Source of the DNA: Methanobacteriota archaeon
GTDB taxonomy: Archaea; Thermoplasmatota; E2; DHVEG-1
Assembly: GCA_963769885.1 (NCBI GenBank)
Contig: CAVYNH010000001.1
Location: 1-64,000 of the forward strand
Reading direction: 5' to 3'
DNA: 64,000 nucleotides
Part shown: one piece after another, positions 9,683 to 20,395 of the stretch
How the letters are laid out: each line of letters opens with the position of its first letter
Numbering within the stretch: position 1 is the first letter of the stretch
Program-made: the position numbers and the translations under genes
Notes under the pieces: model-generated
What the model saw: only the letters and a program-made list of their open reading frames with translations
Database searches by the model: none
Told to the model about the DNA's origin: nothing

Positions 9683-12063
9683 CCGGAAGAAGTACCGTTT
9701 CAGACGCATGCCCCCGGGGCAACCGTCTATCTCTGCAAGAACAAAATCGTCTCAGTGTTCACCAGAGAATTAAACGATTCTAAGAGTGCCGATTTGAAGG
9801 ATAACAAAAACCCGATGGAACGAATACAAGTAAGAGAACCGCAACAGATGGAGATGATTTCTACGGTCGCGGAGTTTGTTGGCGCAAACCCCAGTGCAGT
9901 CGTTACCGGTGAGCGTCGACTTCCTAACAATAACAACTATTTCATTGGAAATAACCCTGAGAAGTGGTATACCGATGTTCCGAATTACCAAGAGGTTGTG
10001 TACAAGGGTATCTACCCTGGAATTGATTTACAGTACCATTTCATTGAGAACACGTTGAAATACGATTTCATTGTCTATTCTGGTGGAGACCCAGATACGA
10101 TTCTTATTCGATATGATGGTGTTGATAACATGAGGGTAACATCAGATGGTGACCTTGCGATAGAGACCCGGTTTGGTCTATTTTCCGAGAAATCACCGGT
10201 GATATACCAAGAAATCAACGGCATAAAACAAGGGATTATAGGAAGATACGAACCCAGACAGCCAAATAGTTTCGGTTTTGCTATCGAGGATGAATACAAT
10301 CCGTTGTATCCACTTGTTATCGACCCTACGCTGGCGTATAGTACCTACCTCGGCGGAACCTATTATGATGAGGGCCTTGGTATTGCGGTTGATGATGGGA
10401 ACGCCTACATCACCGGTTACACCAATTCTCCTGATTTTCCGACGACACCACAAGCCTACGACAGAACCTACAACGGCCAGTATGATGTTTTTGTGTCGAA
10501 GCTTCCCCTTGCTGGTAACGCCCTTATCTACAGTACCTACCTCGGCGGAACCAATAATGAACGGGGCCATGATATTGCGGTTGATGATGGGAACGCCTAC
10601 ATCACCGGTGGCACCTGGTCTTCTGATTTTCCGACGACACTAGGAGCCTACGACACCACCTACAACGGTTATTGTGATGTTTTTGTGACTAAGCTTTCCC
10701 CTTATGGTAGCATTCTTATCTATAGTACCTATCTCGGCGGAACCAGTTCTGATTATGGCTATGGTATTGCAGTTGCTGGTGGGAACGCCTCCATCACCGG
10801 TGCAACCTATTCTTCTGATTTTGATTTTCCGATAACACCCGGCGCCTACGACACCACCTACAACGGTTATAGTGATGCTTTTGTGACACAGTTTCGCCCT
10901 GCTGGCAACGCCCTTGCCTACAGTACATACCTCGGCGGAATAGGTTATGATTATGGCTATGGTATTGCAGTTGCTGATGGGAACGCCTACATCACCGGTG
11001 GCACCAATTCTTCTAATTTCCCGACACTAGGAGCCTACAACCCCACCTACAACGGCGGGTATGATGTTTTTGTGACAAAGTTTCCCCGGTACTGGCAGCT
11101 CCCTTATCTACAGTACCTACCTCGGCGGAACCCTTAATGATGAGGGCCTTGGTATTGCAGTTGCTGATGGGAACGCCTATATCACCGGTTACACCTATTC
11201 TTCTAATTTCCCGACGACACTAGGAGCCTACGACACCACCTACAACGGCGGTGGAGATGCTTTTGTGACAAAGTTACTCAGGACCTGGTAACTCCCTTAA
11301 CTATAGTACATACCTCGGCGGAACTGATATTGATCGGGGCTATTGTATTGCGGTTGCTGGTGGGAACGCCTACATCACCGGTGGCACCAATTCTTCTAAT
11401 TTCCCGACGACACTAGGAGCCTACGACACCACCTACAACGGCGGTGGAGATGTTTTTGTGTCGAAGCTTTCCCCTGGTGGTAACATCCTTATCTACAGTA
11501 CCTACCTCGGCGGAACCTATTATGATTATGGCCATGATATTGCGATTGATGATGGGGAAGCCTCCATCACCGGTGCAACCTATTCTTCTGATTTTCCGAC
11601 GACACTAGGAGCCTACGACAGAATCTACAACGGCGGTGGAGATGCTTTTGTGGCAAAGTTCACCGGTGGCGGTGGAAATCCTCCAAATGCACCAACAATA
11701 AATGGTCCAACAAGTGGAATAGTAGGAATAGGGTATAACTATATATTCAACGCAGTAGATCCAGATGGAGATCAAGTTCGTTACATCATTGAGTGGGGTG
11801 ATAATACCTCTGATACGACTGCTTTTAGTCCATCTGGTACAGATGTAACGGTATCACACACTTGGAGTAGTCGAGGGACTTATTTTATCAAAGCAAGAGC
11901 TGAGGATGTTAATGGTTTAATAGGTCCAGAGTCGACATTGTCAGTGACTATGCCTACAAACAAAGCATATACTCACTTACCATTCCTAAGGTTCGTAGAG
12001 AATCATCCTAATCTGTTCCCAATCCTACAAAAAATAATCCAAAGATTAGGACTACAATATTAG
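9680..12063 (+). pseudogene. SBBP-repeat/PKD surface protein, 5'-truncated, with frameshifts near 11088 and 11282 (probably sequence errors)
   Basis: Frame is open from 9680 (FPEEVPFQTHAPGATVYLCKNKIVSVFTRE); ORFs 9755-11137 and 11458-12063; the mirror copy has no frameshifts. Confidence 0.85.
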
Positions 12064-12108
12064 TCCATATCCCTCTTTTTTTTCTTCTCTTATTTTTCAA
12101 TTACTTCT

Positions 12109-12432
12109 TTATTTTTTCTTTTTCGTTAAGCAGATTTCCATTGAAGATACATTCGAGGTTCTCCCTTCCTCATTGGTGATACTTTCAGTACTAATTTTTA
12201 TGTCTTTGACTTTCACGTCTGTGACAAACCGGTTCCTGGTTATTTCTGCAGCATCGACTGCTGTGCTAATCGTTCTGCCTCTAGCTTTTATTATTACTTC
12301 ATCTGATCCACTATTGAACTGTGTTACTATTGCAAGCACATAGCTCATTGGGGGTTTCTTTCCAACATATATCACGTTTTCATCGGTTCTTCCTTTTTCA
12401 GCTGTTCTCTTCTCTGTTGTTTCTTCGACCAT
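12109..12432 (-). CDS. albA: DNA/RNA-binding protein Alba
   Basis: Alba motifs GKKP and KARG. Confidence 0.95.
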   Translation of the reverse strand: MVEETTEKRTAEKGRTDENVIYVGKKPPMSYVLAIVTQFNSGSDEVIIKARGRTISTAVDAAEITRNRFVTDVKVKDIKISTESITNEEGRTSNVSSMEICLTKKKK

Positions 12433-12594
12433 ATTTTTTTCCCGTCTCCCCTGGTAGAAAGCCTGACTTATCAGAAGTCTTCTACTGAGCGTAGTTTGGT
12501 GAACGACGCAATACGGGGAAACCAATACTGTTTATCCATCGGCTTGTTAAAAGGATTTGTAAAACTAAAATTCCCATCCTTTCGTTTATACTTT

Positions 12595-12747
12595 GGGCTT
12601 GGTTCATAATTCCCAACAGGAGAAATTGTCTAAAAGACTGTTGATTCTAGAGTGCGCGTGATTTGGAAGAAAAGAAGCAGGAAAGCAGCAGCTCACAAGA
12701 TTCTTTACGATTTGTTCAACAGGAGAAACGAATTATGAACCAGGCCC
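12595..12747. mobile_element. MITE, 153 bp, 9-bp TSD ttatacttt
   Basis: 18-bp TIR with 1 mismatch; TSD at 12586-12594 and 12748-12756. Confidence 0.85.
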
Positions 12748-12793
12748 TTATACTTTGGGAAATAGTATTCTTCAATTCCGGTAGGACCTAAAA

Positions 12794-13075
12794 CTAAGCT
12801 AGATGTATATTCAATAATTGTTGTAGTTCTTTCTCTATGAGTTCAAATCTTTGTTTTCTTTCTTGAAAAAGATTGGGGAAAGCAGTTGAATTTTCAAAAT
12901 CAGATACATTATTTTTATTGACTTCCGCAAGAATTTTTTCAATATCTTGATCGGTTAATTTTGCTTTTTTCAGTCTTGTGTTTATGTTTTTTATAGCACG
13001 TTGTATAGTCGTTCCTCTATTACAAACATAGGATTCTACCAAGCCTCTGCATTCTTTATAAGCTTCAACACCCAT
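12794..13075 (-). CDS. Hypothetical protein, 93 aa
   Basis: Mirror of 6376-6657. Confidence 0.6.
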   Translation of the reverse strand: MGVEAYKECRGLVESYVCNRGTTIQRAIKNINTRLKKAKLTDQDIEKILAEVNKNNVSDFENSTAFPNLFQERKQRFELIEKELQQLLNIHLA

Positions 13076-13158
13076 ATTTACCTCCTTTAAATTTGAAAGC
13101 AAATCTACATCATCTTGTTTGTTTTATCATTTTCCTTTTATCAGCGACTCTCGGAGAA

Positions 13159-13210
13159 ACCAACCTAGATTTCCCAGTCTAAACTGCCCAAACCACGGTT
13201 ACACAGAACC
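13159..13210 (-). mobile_element. Terminus of a second related IS6-like element abutting the TSD
   Basis: ...ttacacagaacc|ctgttcag|ggttctgtgtaa... Confidence 0.7.
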
Positions 13211-13268
13211 CTGTTCAGGGTTCTGTGTAATACTGTAGTGGGAAATCAGTAGTGGGAAATTTAGATGG

Positions 13269-13778
13269 TTATGTTATAACTGATATGATGAAAGGACAGA
13301 CATCCTTAATTATCCAATGAACTGTTGTTATAATCATTAATGTTAACCAGATTATGGTAAATGTTAATGGTACAAAAAATGATACAATTAAACCAGAACT
13401 TATTTTTGTTAAGAATTTTCTACAACCTAAAGCTTCATCAATTTCGTTATATGTTCCTTTCTTAAAATTTTTATTTGAAGTAAAACAACCATTACAATCT
13501 GTGAATATTTTAGTCTCTAATTTTCTTCCTTCATTTTCTGCTATAAGAATATGGGCATATTTTCTATGCAAAATAAAGAACCAGAAAATACTTATTATAA
13601 AACCAGTAAAACAAACTATTACTGCTGCAATATTTATTTTATTTATTATTTGAGAATAGCCTGCGAATAATAAGGATATGACAATAATATAAAAATGAAA
13701 TGAGTCCCAATATCCTTTATCCCATCTTTCCCAAATTGAAATAATTGAATTGTATTGTCTTATTTCTTTTTCACACAT
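13269..13778 (-). CDS. Small membrane protein, transposon cargo
   Basis: Identical protein to 5673-6182. Confidence 0.7.
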   Translation of the reverse strand: MCEKEIRQYNSIISIWERWDKGYWDSFHFYIIVISLLFAGYSQIINKINIAAVIVCFTGFIISIFWFFILHRKYAHILIAENEGRKLETKIFTDCNGCFTSNKNFKKGTYNEIDEALGCRKFLTKISSGLIVSFFVPLTFTIIWLTLMIITTVHWIIKDVCPFIISVIT

Positions 13779-13975
13779 AAATATGTCCTCTATCTCTATT
13801 CTTCTGAATGTATGTAATTTTTTATTTTTTAAATATTTTGTGTATTTTAGGTTTGCAAACTATTTTAAAAACAAATGACATTGATGTTCTTGCCATCCCT
13901 ATCATTAAGCTCATATGTTTCGCCAAAAAACTTATGTAGTTTTTTCGATAGGGATGGTAAAAAATTTAATCTGTT

Positions 13976-15275
13976 TTAATCTCCATCAGTGTAGTAACCA
14001 AGAATTTCAATGAAATCTTTTTTGGAGGAGTTGATGAATTTATCCTGTATCCTGGCTATGCCGTTGTCATTTATTGCGTCCCTGACTTCTTTTACTTCTT
14101 GGCATCTACTGTAGAACAAATGTTCCTTACTCCATGCACTCCATAGATGCGGGTCTATCTTGTTAAAAAATGCGCCACCATATACTTCATTAATCTTTGA
14201 ACATCGGGGCAACCGCATTTTAACGGTTTATTTTTAATCTTATTTGCTTTTACCAATTCCATTCGTTTTCTGTCATAATATGATCTGAATTTTGAAGATT
14301 TACCGCTACCGCCATAATCATTAATGTAACCATTTAATGGTTCGATGAAACCGTCAAATCCAGTGGATATACATGGTATGGCATATGCATCCGCATCTAT
14401 CAAGAAAGTAAATTTATTGTTAAATTCAGCCGCTTCCTGAATAGACTTGGAAATGTTCCGAGGTTTCTTCTTACATCGGTATCATTCAGAGGGAAGTATT
14501 TTATTTTGATGAAAATGATTTTTACGTTCTCATATTCTCCGTCTACGTCCATTAAGAAATCTGTGATTTTTTTAAGTTGATCTAAATTCCGTAATGCTGA
14601 ATAATTGAGGTTAAAATAGAAAGATGGTTCAAGACCAAAGGTATCCGCTATAGTGAAAGCGGATTTTTTATTTACATCAATTGCTATATCTATTAGAGGG
14701 GAGTTTTCACCCTCGATAAATGGTACGAATGGTACTATTGCATCAGGTTGATATTTATTTTGTTCTCTTACATTCCAGTTGATGACTGTAGTAGTATCTC
14801 CTGAGTTATACAGTTGTTGCCACATCTTAGTATAATTCGCATATGTTGATTTGGTTAAAAAATCAGAAATTTTTTGTGGGAGTGACGGCAGATTTTTATA
14901 TTGCGTTCTTTTTTGCTTGTTGTTTAGATAAACATATTCCGTGTTTGGATCAATGAAAACAGGGAGGATGCCTTTTAAGGTTTTAAAATCATAGGAAATC
15001 ATTGGGATTAAACGTGTTTGTTTAGGATTGAATATTGTTTTCTCTCTGTTCAATGATGATACATTTAATATATCAAAAAATATTCCTTGGAAATAGTCAT
15101 TTATTTTCTTTTCATCAATAATTATGTCAAGTTCTTTTGATGTTCTTATCTTAGGGATATAACAGGGTGTTTTGATTGTTTTATTGTTTAAATTGATCGT
15201 TGTAATTCTTGCGTTGTTTACTTTCTTTTCAGGATAGATCATCACTTGGGTTGATCTTTTTACTTTTTCTTTCAT
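13976..15275 (-). pseudogene. TGT-fold protein, copy with two frameshifts (probably sequence errors)
   Basis: Three ORF fragments together match the intact 4174-5475. Confidence 0.75.
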
Positions 15276-15762
15276 ATGCTATCGACCTCTTTTTTAATAT
15301 TTTTTAAATGTAATATTAGTTCATCGAGTTGGTTTGCATTTAACATCAATCCTCCGACAATGGTAAAAATATTGTATTCATCTCTTGTTTTTTCTTGGAT
15401 ATACACAAATTTACCAAAAGGGTTTTCGATCAATTGAAAGTTATAATATTTTTCACCTATTTTTACATCTTTTATTAAAGTTGGATGGGCTACTTTTCCA
15501 TTAGGATAATAGAGGAAATTTCTTTGACTAAACTGTCGCCTATACAACTCTCTGATCGCTGTAAGGTAATCTAAAGTTGAGATGCGGTTCTGCGATCAAT
15601 CCCTGCAACATCAGATACTTGAGGTAAACTAATTCCTTGTGGATTATCTTTAACAACTTTTAATATGATTGAACAAGCAAATCTTTTTCTATCTTCGGGA
15701 GACATTTTTTTTAATTCCTCTTTTGAAAATCCGATTTGACTTCTATTTATTGCGTCATCCAT
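15272..15762 (-). pseudogene. wHTH-PUR-like protein, copy frameshifted near 15580
   Basis: Fragments match 3686-4177. Confidence 0.7.
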
Positions 15763-15921
15763 TGTTTTTCTCCTTGTAATTTTATATACAACATTAAGAT
15801 GCACATACCTTGTGCATAGTTATGTTGTACAGTTGATGTTGCACATAAACGGTTATTATATATATAAAGATAACTGATAGCTTTATATACTGACAATGTA
15901 TTATAAAACTTGGCGAAATAT

Positions 15922-17080
15922 ATGGGCAACAAAATAGATATTAAAGAAATGGTTAACGCAGAAAAGCTAGAGGCATGACACTTTTAGAACAAGGAATAGA
16001 ACCAACCGAGATTAATCCGCATACGTGGATAGTGCCAAGTCAGACAGGAAATGGAACATATCAAGTTGATGTCCAGATGCGGTATTGGCATTGTACATGT
16101 CCAGATTTTGAACTAAAAGTATTGTAAACACATCAATGCGGTTAAGATATGGAAGAACCTGAAAGAGAAATTTGAACAAATACATCTCAAAGTGAAACAG
16201 AAAATTACGTTAACAGATATTGATGTTGATTGCTGTAAGTTTTGTCATTCAACAGAAGTGACAAAATATGGGATGAAAAATAGTAAACAAGTCTATTTCT
16301 GTAAGACCTGTAATCGAAGATTTGTCAATAATGTTGACTTCGAGAATATGAAATATAACCCTAAGATAATCGCATTAACGCTTGATCTGTATTTCAAAGG
16401 AATAAGTCTCAGGAAAATAAGCCAACATCTAAAACAATTCTATGAACTGAATATAAGCCATAAATCAGTTTACAACTGGATAGAAAAATATGTAGGGATA
16501 ATGAATGAATACGTCAATGAAATACAACCTGATATTGGGGAAGTATGGCATACTGACGAAATGATGATTAAAATAGATGGCTCATGGAGACCTCTGGAAT
16601 GTCATGGACGAACGTACACGGTTTCAACTCGCTTCTGTGGTATCAAAAGAACGATATGTTAAAGATGCACGTATGGTATTTCAGAAGGCAAAAAAGAACT
16701 GCGGTGGACGCAAGCCGAAGTTCATGGTTACCGATGGTCTACCCGCATATAGGGATGCGGTGAACAAGGAGTTTAAAACTAATACTGATGAAACAGAACA
16801 CCTATGGAATGTGGGGTTACAGCACCATCCAAATAACAACCACATTGAAAGATTACATGGGACAATACGGGATCGTGAAAAAACATTTAGAGGGTTAAAG
16901 ATAGAAAGTACCCCTATTATTGATGGGAACAGGATTTACTACAATTTCATAAAACCACATGAAAATCTTGATGGTAAAACTCCGAGTGAGGAATCGGGAA
17001 TAATCATTGAAGGAAATAATAAATGGCTTACTCTTATGAAAAAATCAATTCAGTACCAAAAGGCTAAAAATCAGAATTGA
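15922..17080 (+). pseudogene. SWIM/Zn-ribbon IS6-type DDE transposase, frameshifted copy
   Basis: WHTDE, VTDGLPAY, NNHIERLHGTIRDR, YYNFIKPH...GKTP. Confidence 0.85.
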
Positions 17081-17111
17081 AAAGTTATATAATTCAAATG
17101 GAGATTTAAAA

Positions 17112-18554
17112 ATGGAAAACATGCAAATAAAAACCGATACTATTTACTGCGGAGATTGCCTTGATGTATTGAGGCGATTTCCAGAAGGATTTGTAAATTT
17201 AATTTATCTTGATCCACCATTTTCAAGTGGCAGGATTTATAATATAGTGTTTGGCACTAATAGCGAAAAAAAAGCCTTTGATGATCGATGGAAAGGTGGT
17301 ATTCATCATTATATTGAATATATGAGGGAAAGACTCGAACTCTGCCATCGTGTTTTGGACAGTAAAGGGTCGATTTATTTACATTGCGATAGTCATGCAA
17401 GTCATTATCTCAAAATAGTGATGGATGATATTTTTGGTTATAATAATTTTAAGAATGAAATAATTTGGAAAAGAAAAGATGCTCAAAGTTTCACCAATAA
17501 ATATGGAGCTATGCATGATACGATTTTATTTTATACAAAATCAAATGAGTACACGTTTAACAAAGCATTAGAAGAGTACATTCCACTTAGCGAAGAAACC
17601 GCAGATACTTGGTATAAATATGAAGAAATTGCATCGAAAAATATTATTAATCGTCTTGGGAAAAAAATTGAAAAAGGACATGTAAGACGATACAATAAAG
17701 GTGATATAAGCGCACCTGGGGATAGGCAAGGTACGGCAGCGCATTATAAATGGAACGGAAAATATCCACCAAAGGGGAGACATTGGGAATATACGGTTGA
17801 GGTGATGGGGAGATTGGAAAGAGAAAAACGTCTTGCTTATTCTAAGAATGGAAGGGTTTATGAAAAGCGATATTTAGATGAAACAAAGGGGACACCTCCT
17901 CAAGACATTTGGACTGACATTTCTATGTTGCGTGGAATGGGTAAACATAGTGAAAAAAGTGAATGGATGGAATACCCAACTCAAAAACCAAAACGTTTAC
18001 TTGAAAGAATAATACGGATTTCCTCAAATGAAAATGACATTGTACTTGATCCTTTCTGTGGCTGTGGTACGACTATCGTTGCAGCACATTATTTGAGGAG
18101 AAAATGGATTGGTATTGATATTTCACCTACTGCATGTAATGTCATAAAAAATCGTATGGGAAATGTAAAAAAAATGGGATTGTTTGTCGTGAAAAACATT
18201 CCTATAATTGGACTCCCAAAGACAGAAGATGATCTTAGAAAATTGCATCCTTTCGAGTTTGAAAACTGGGTATGTGATGTTCTTTTCGCTATTCAGACGA
18301 AGAAAGCAAAAGACATGGGTATTGATGGATATACTATTGATGGAACAGTTCTCCAAGCAAAACAAATGGATAAAGTAGGAAGACCCATAGTAGATAATTT
18401 TGAGGCATCAATGAAGCGAGCTAAAACCAATAAAGGCATAGTTATTGCTTTTAGTTTTACTAAAGATGCTTTTGAAGAGGTTGCAAGAATAAAAAGCGAG
18501 AATATAGATATTACATTAAGATCAGTAAAAGAATTATTAGAAATGGGTTTCTAA
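17112..18554 (+). CDS. Beta-class N4/N6 DNA methyltransferase fused to a C-terminal Mrr-like PD-(D/E)xK domain
   Basis: DPPF (motif IV) lies before DPFCGCGTT (motif I); C-terminal FEFENWV...DMGIDGY...QAKQ. Confidence 0.88.
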   Translation: MENMQIKTDTIYCGDCLDVLRRFPEGFVNLIYLDPPFSSGRIYNIVFGTNSEKKAFDDRWKGGIHHYIEYMRERLELCHRVLDSKGSIYLHCDSHASHYLKIVMDDIFGYNNFKNEIIWKRKDAQSFTNKYGAMHDTILFYTKSNEYTFNKALEEYIPLSEETADTWYKYEEIASKNIINRLGKKIEKGHVRRYNKGDISAPGDRQGTAAHYKWNGKYPPKGRHWEYTVEVMGRLEREKRLAYSKNGRVYEKRYLDETKGTPPQDIWTDISMLRGMGKHSEKSEWMEYPTQKPKRLLERIIRISSNENDIVLDPFCGCGTTIVAAHYLRRKWIGIDISPTACNVIKNRMGNVKKMGLFVVKNIPIIGLPKTEDDLRKLHPFEFENWVCDVLFAIQTKKAKDMGIDGYTIDGTVLQAKQMDKVGRPIVDNFEASMKRAKTNKGIVIAFSFTKDAFEEVARIKSENIDITLRSVKELLEMGF

Positions 18555-18624
18555 TCTGATACCACTACAGATTTTCCACTACTAAATTTCCACTACAGTA
18601 TTACACAGCACCCTGTTCAGATAG

Positions 18625-18632
18625 GTTTATAT
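18625..18632 (+). promoter_or_regulatory. Putative TATA box of the thermosome gene
   Basis: tttatata about 60 bp upstream of the ATG; ggagg RBS downstream. Confidence 0.55.
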
Positions 18633-18691
18633 AGAAGTGTCCATATGCTGGGAATGCTTTTAACCTACTTATAAAGGAGGCATAGAACAGT

Positions 18692-20347
18692 ATGATGGCT
18701 GGAGGACAGACACCCATAATCATCCTTAAAGAAGGCACGAAACGCGAAAAAGGCAAAGGCGCCCAACTCAACAACATCATGGCAGCCCGCGCAATCTCCG
18801 ACGCCGTGAAATCCACGCTCGGACCCAAAGGCATGGACAAGATGCTCGTCGACTCCATGGGCGACGTCGTCATCACCAACGACGGCGCCACCATCCTCAA
18901 AGAAATCGACGTCGAACACCCCGCCGCAAAAATGATCGTCGAAGTCGCCAAAGCCCAAGACGAACAATGCGGCGACGGCACCACCACCGCCGTGATCCTC
19001 ACCGGAGAACTCCTTCGCAACGCCGGCGAGCTCATCGAACAGAACATCCATCCCACCGTCATCACGGGCGGATACCAGAAGGCGGCCATAAAGGCGGTCG
19101 AAATCCTCAACAAGATGGCGATCCCGATCAAGCCCAACGACAAAAAAACGCTGAAGAACATCGCCATGACCTCCATGGCCAGCAAGGGAGCCAGCTCCGC
19201 AAAAGCAATCCTCTCCGACGTCGTCGTCGACGCGGTCACCAGCGTCGCCGAGAAAATCGATGGACGCACCGAAGTCGACATGGACAACATCCAGATCCAG
19301 AAGAAACAGGGCGGTAGCATCAACGATACCAAGATCATCAAGGGCATCATCCTCGACAAGGAACGCGTCCACGAAGGCATGCCCAAGCACGTCCACAACG
19401 CCAAGATCGCCTTGGTCAACGCCGCTTTAGAGATTAAGAAGACCGAGGTCGACGCCCGCATCCAGATCCAGGACCCCAGCCAACTCCAGGCCTTCCTCGA
19501 TGAGGAAGAGACCATGCTGAAGAAGATGGTTGAAAAAATCAAGAAGAGCGGGGCCAACGTCCTCGTCTGCCAGAAGGGCATCGATGACATCGCCCAGCAC
19601 TTCCTCGCCAAAGATGGCATCTACGCGGTCCGGCGCGCCAAGAAATCCGACATGGACAAGCTCGCCAAGGCCACCGGCGCAAAGATCGTCGCCAACCTCG
19701 ACAACCTCAGCGTCAAGGACCTCGGACAGGCTGGCGCCGTCGAAGAACAGAAGATCGGCGACGACCGCATGACCTTTGTTGTCGACTGCAAGAACCCCAA
19801 GGCCGTCAGCATCCTCATCCGCGGCAGCACCGAACACATCGTCGACGAGCTTGACCGCGGCATGCACGACGCCCTCTTCGTCGTCAAAGTCGCCCTCGAG
19901 GACGGGAAGATGACCGCCGGCGGCGGCAGCGCAGCCACCGAGATCGCCATGCAGCTGCGCGAGTACGCCACCACTGTCGGCGGCCGCGAGCAGATGGCGA
20001 TCGAGGCGTTCGCCAACGCGGTCGAAGTCGTCCCCAAGACCCTGGCGGAGAACGCGGGTCTTGACCCCATCGATATGATGATCAACGTCCGCCGCGCCCA
20101 CAAGAAGGGCAACAAGTACGCTGGCATCGACGTCTTCAACGGCAAGATCACCGACATGATTGACAACAACGTCGTCGAGCCGCTGCGCGTCAGCGTCCAG
20201 GAAGTCACGGCATCCACCGAAGCCGCCAACATGATCCTGCGCATCGACGACATCATCGCCTCCAAGAGCGGTGGCCCAGCGCCCGGCGGCCCCGGCGGCA
20301 TGCCAGGCGGCCCCGGCGGTATGGGCGGTGACATGGACGAGTACTAA
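18692..20347 (+). CDS. ths: Thermosome (group II chaperonin) subunit
   Basis: TLGPKGMDKM, GDGTTT, GGM-rich tail. Confidence 0.98.
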   Translation: MMAGGQTPIIILKEGTKREKGKGAQLNNIMAARAISDAVKSTLGPKGMDKMLVDSMGDVVITNDGATILKEIDVEHPAAKMIVEVAKAQDEQCGDGTTTAVILTGELLRNAGELIEQNIHPTVITGGYQKAAIKAVEILNKMAIPIKPNDKKTLKNIAMTSMASKGASSAKAILSDVVVDAVTSVAEKIDGRTEVDMDNIQIQKKQGGSINDTKIIKGIILDKERVHEGMPKHVHNAKIALVNAALEIKKTEVDARIQIQDPSQLQAFLDEEETMLKKMVEKIKKSGANVLVCQKGIDDIAQHFLAKDGIYAVRRAKKSDMDKLAKATGAKIVANLDNLSVKDLGQAGAVEEQKIGDDRMTFVVDCKNPKAVSILIRGSTEHIVDELDRGMHDALFVVKVALEDGKMTAGGGSAATEIAMQLREYATTVGGREQMAIEAFANAVEVVPKTLAENAGLDPIDMMINVRRAHKKGNKYAGIDVFNGKITDMIDNNVVEPLRVSVQEVTASTEAANMILRIDDIIASKSGGPAPGGPGGMPGGPGGMGGDMDEY

Positions 20348-20395
20348 ACCGTACTCTCCCCTCTTCTCTTTTTTCACATTTTATTTTTTCATCCT

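Larger units (their letters stand above)
13219..18612. mobile_element. IS6-like cargo transposon (5394 bp); TSD ctgttcag at 13211-13218 and 18613-18620
   Basis: Imperfect ~50-bp TIRs; ccactac repeated at 18562, 18576 and 18590 (14-bp period); gtagtgg at 13235 and 13249; AT-rich relative to the thermosome side. Confidence 0.88.
1..19446. repeat. Giant inverted repeat: 1-9682 is the reverse complement of 9767-19446, with an 84-bp non-repeated loop (9683-9766); probable fold-back artifact
   Basis: Base 1 (tcggtcttcttaatc) matches the reverse complement ending at 19446. ORFs are mirrored throughout. The arms meet at aattc (9678-9682) / gaatt (9767-9771). Confidence 0.97.

Noticed and set aside
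9683-9709. N-terminus MRLKRYFFR of the 773-aa ORF
   Set aside because: It is the antisense read of the fold-back loop, not a real start.
12771-12790. ttcaattccggtaggaccta, resembling a tRNA T-loop/3' fragment
   Set aside because: No matching tRNA in the window and no 5' half, so an att site cannot be supported.
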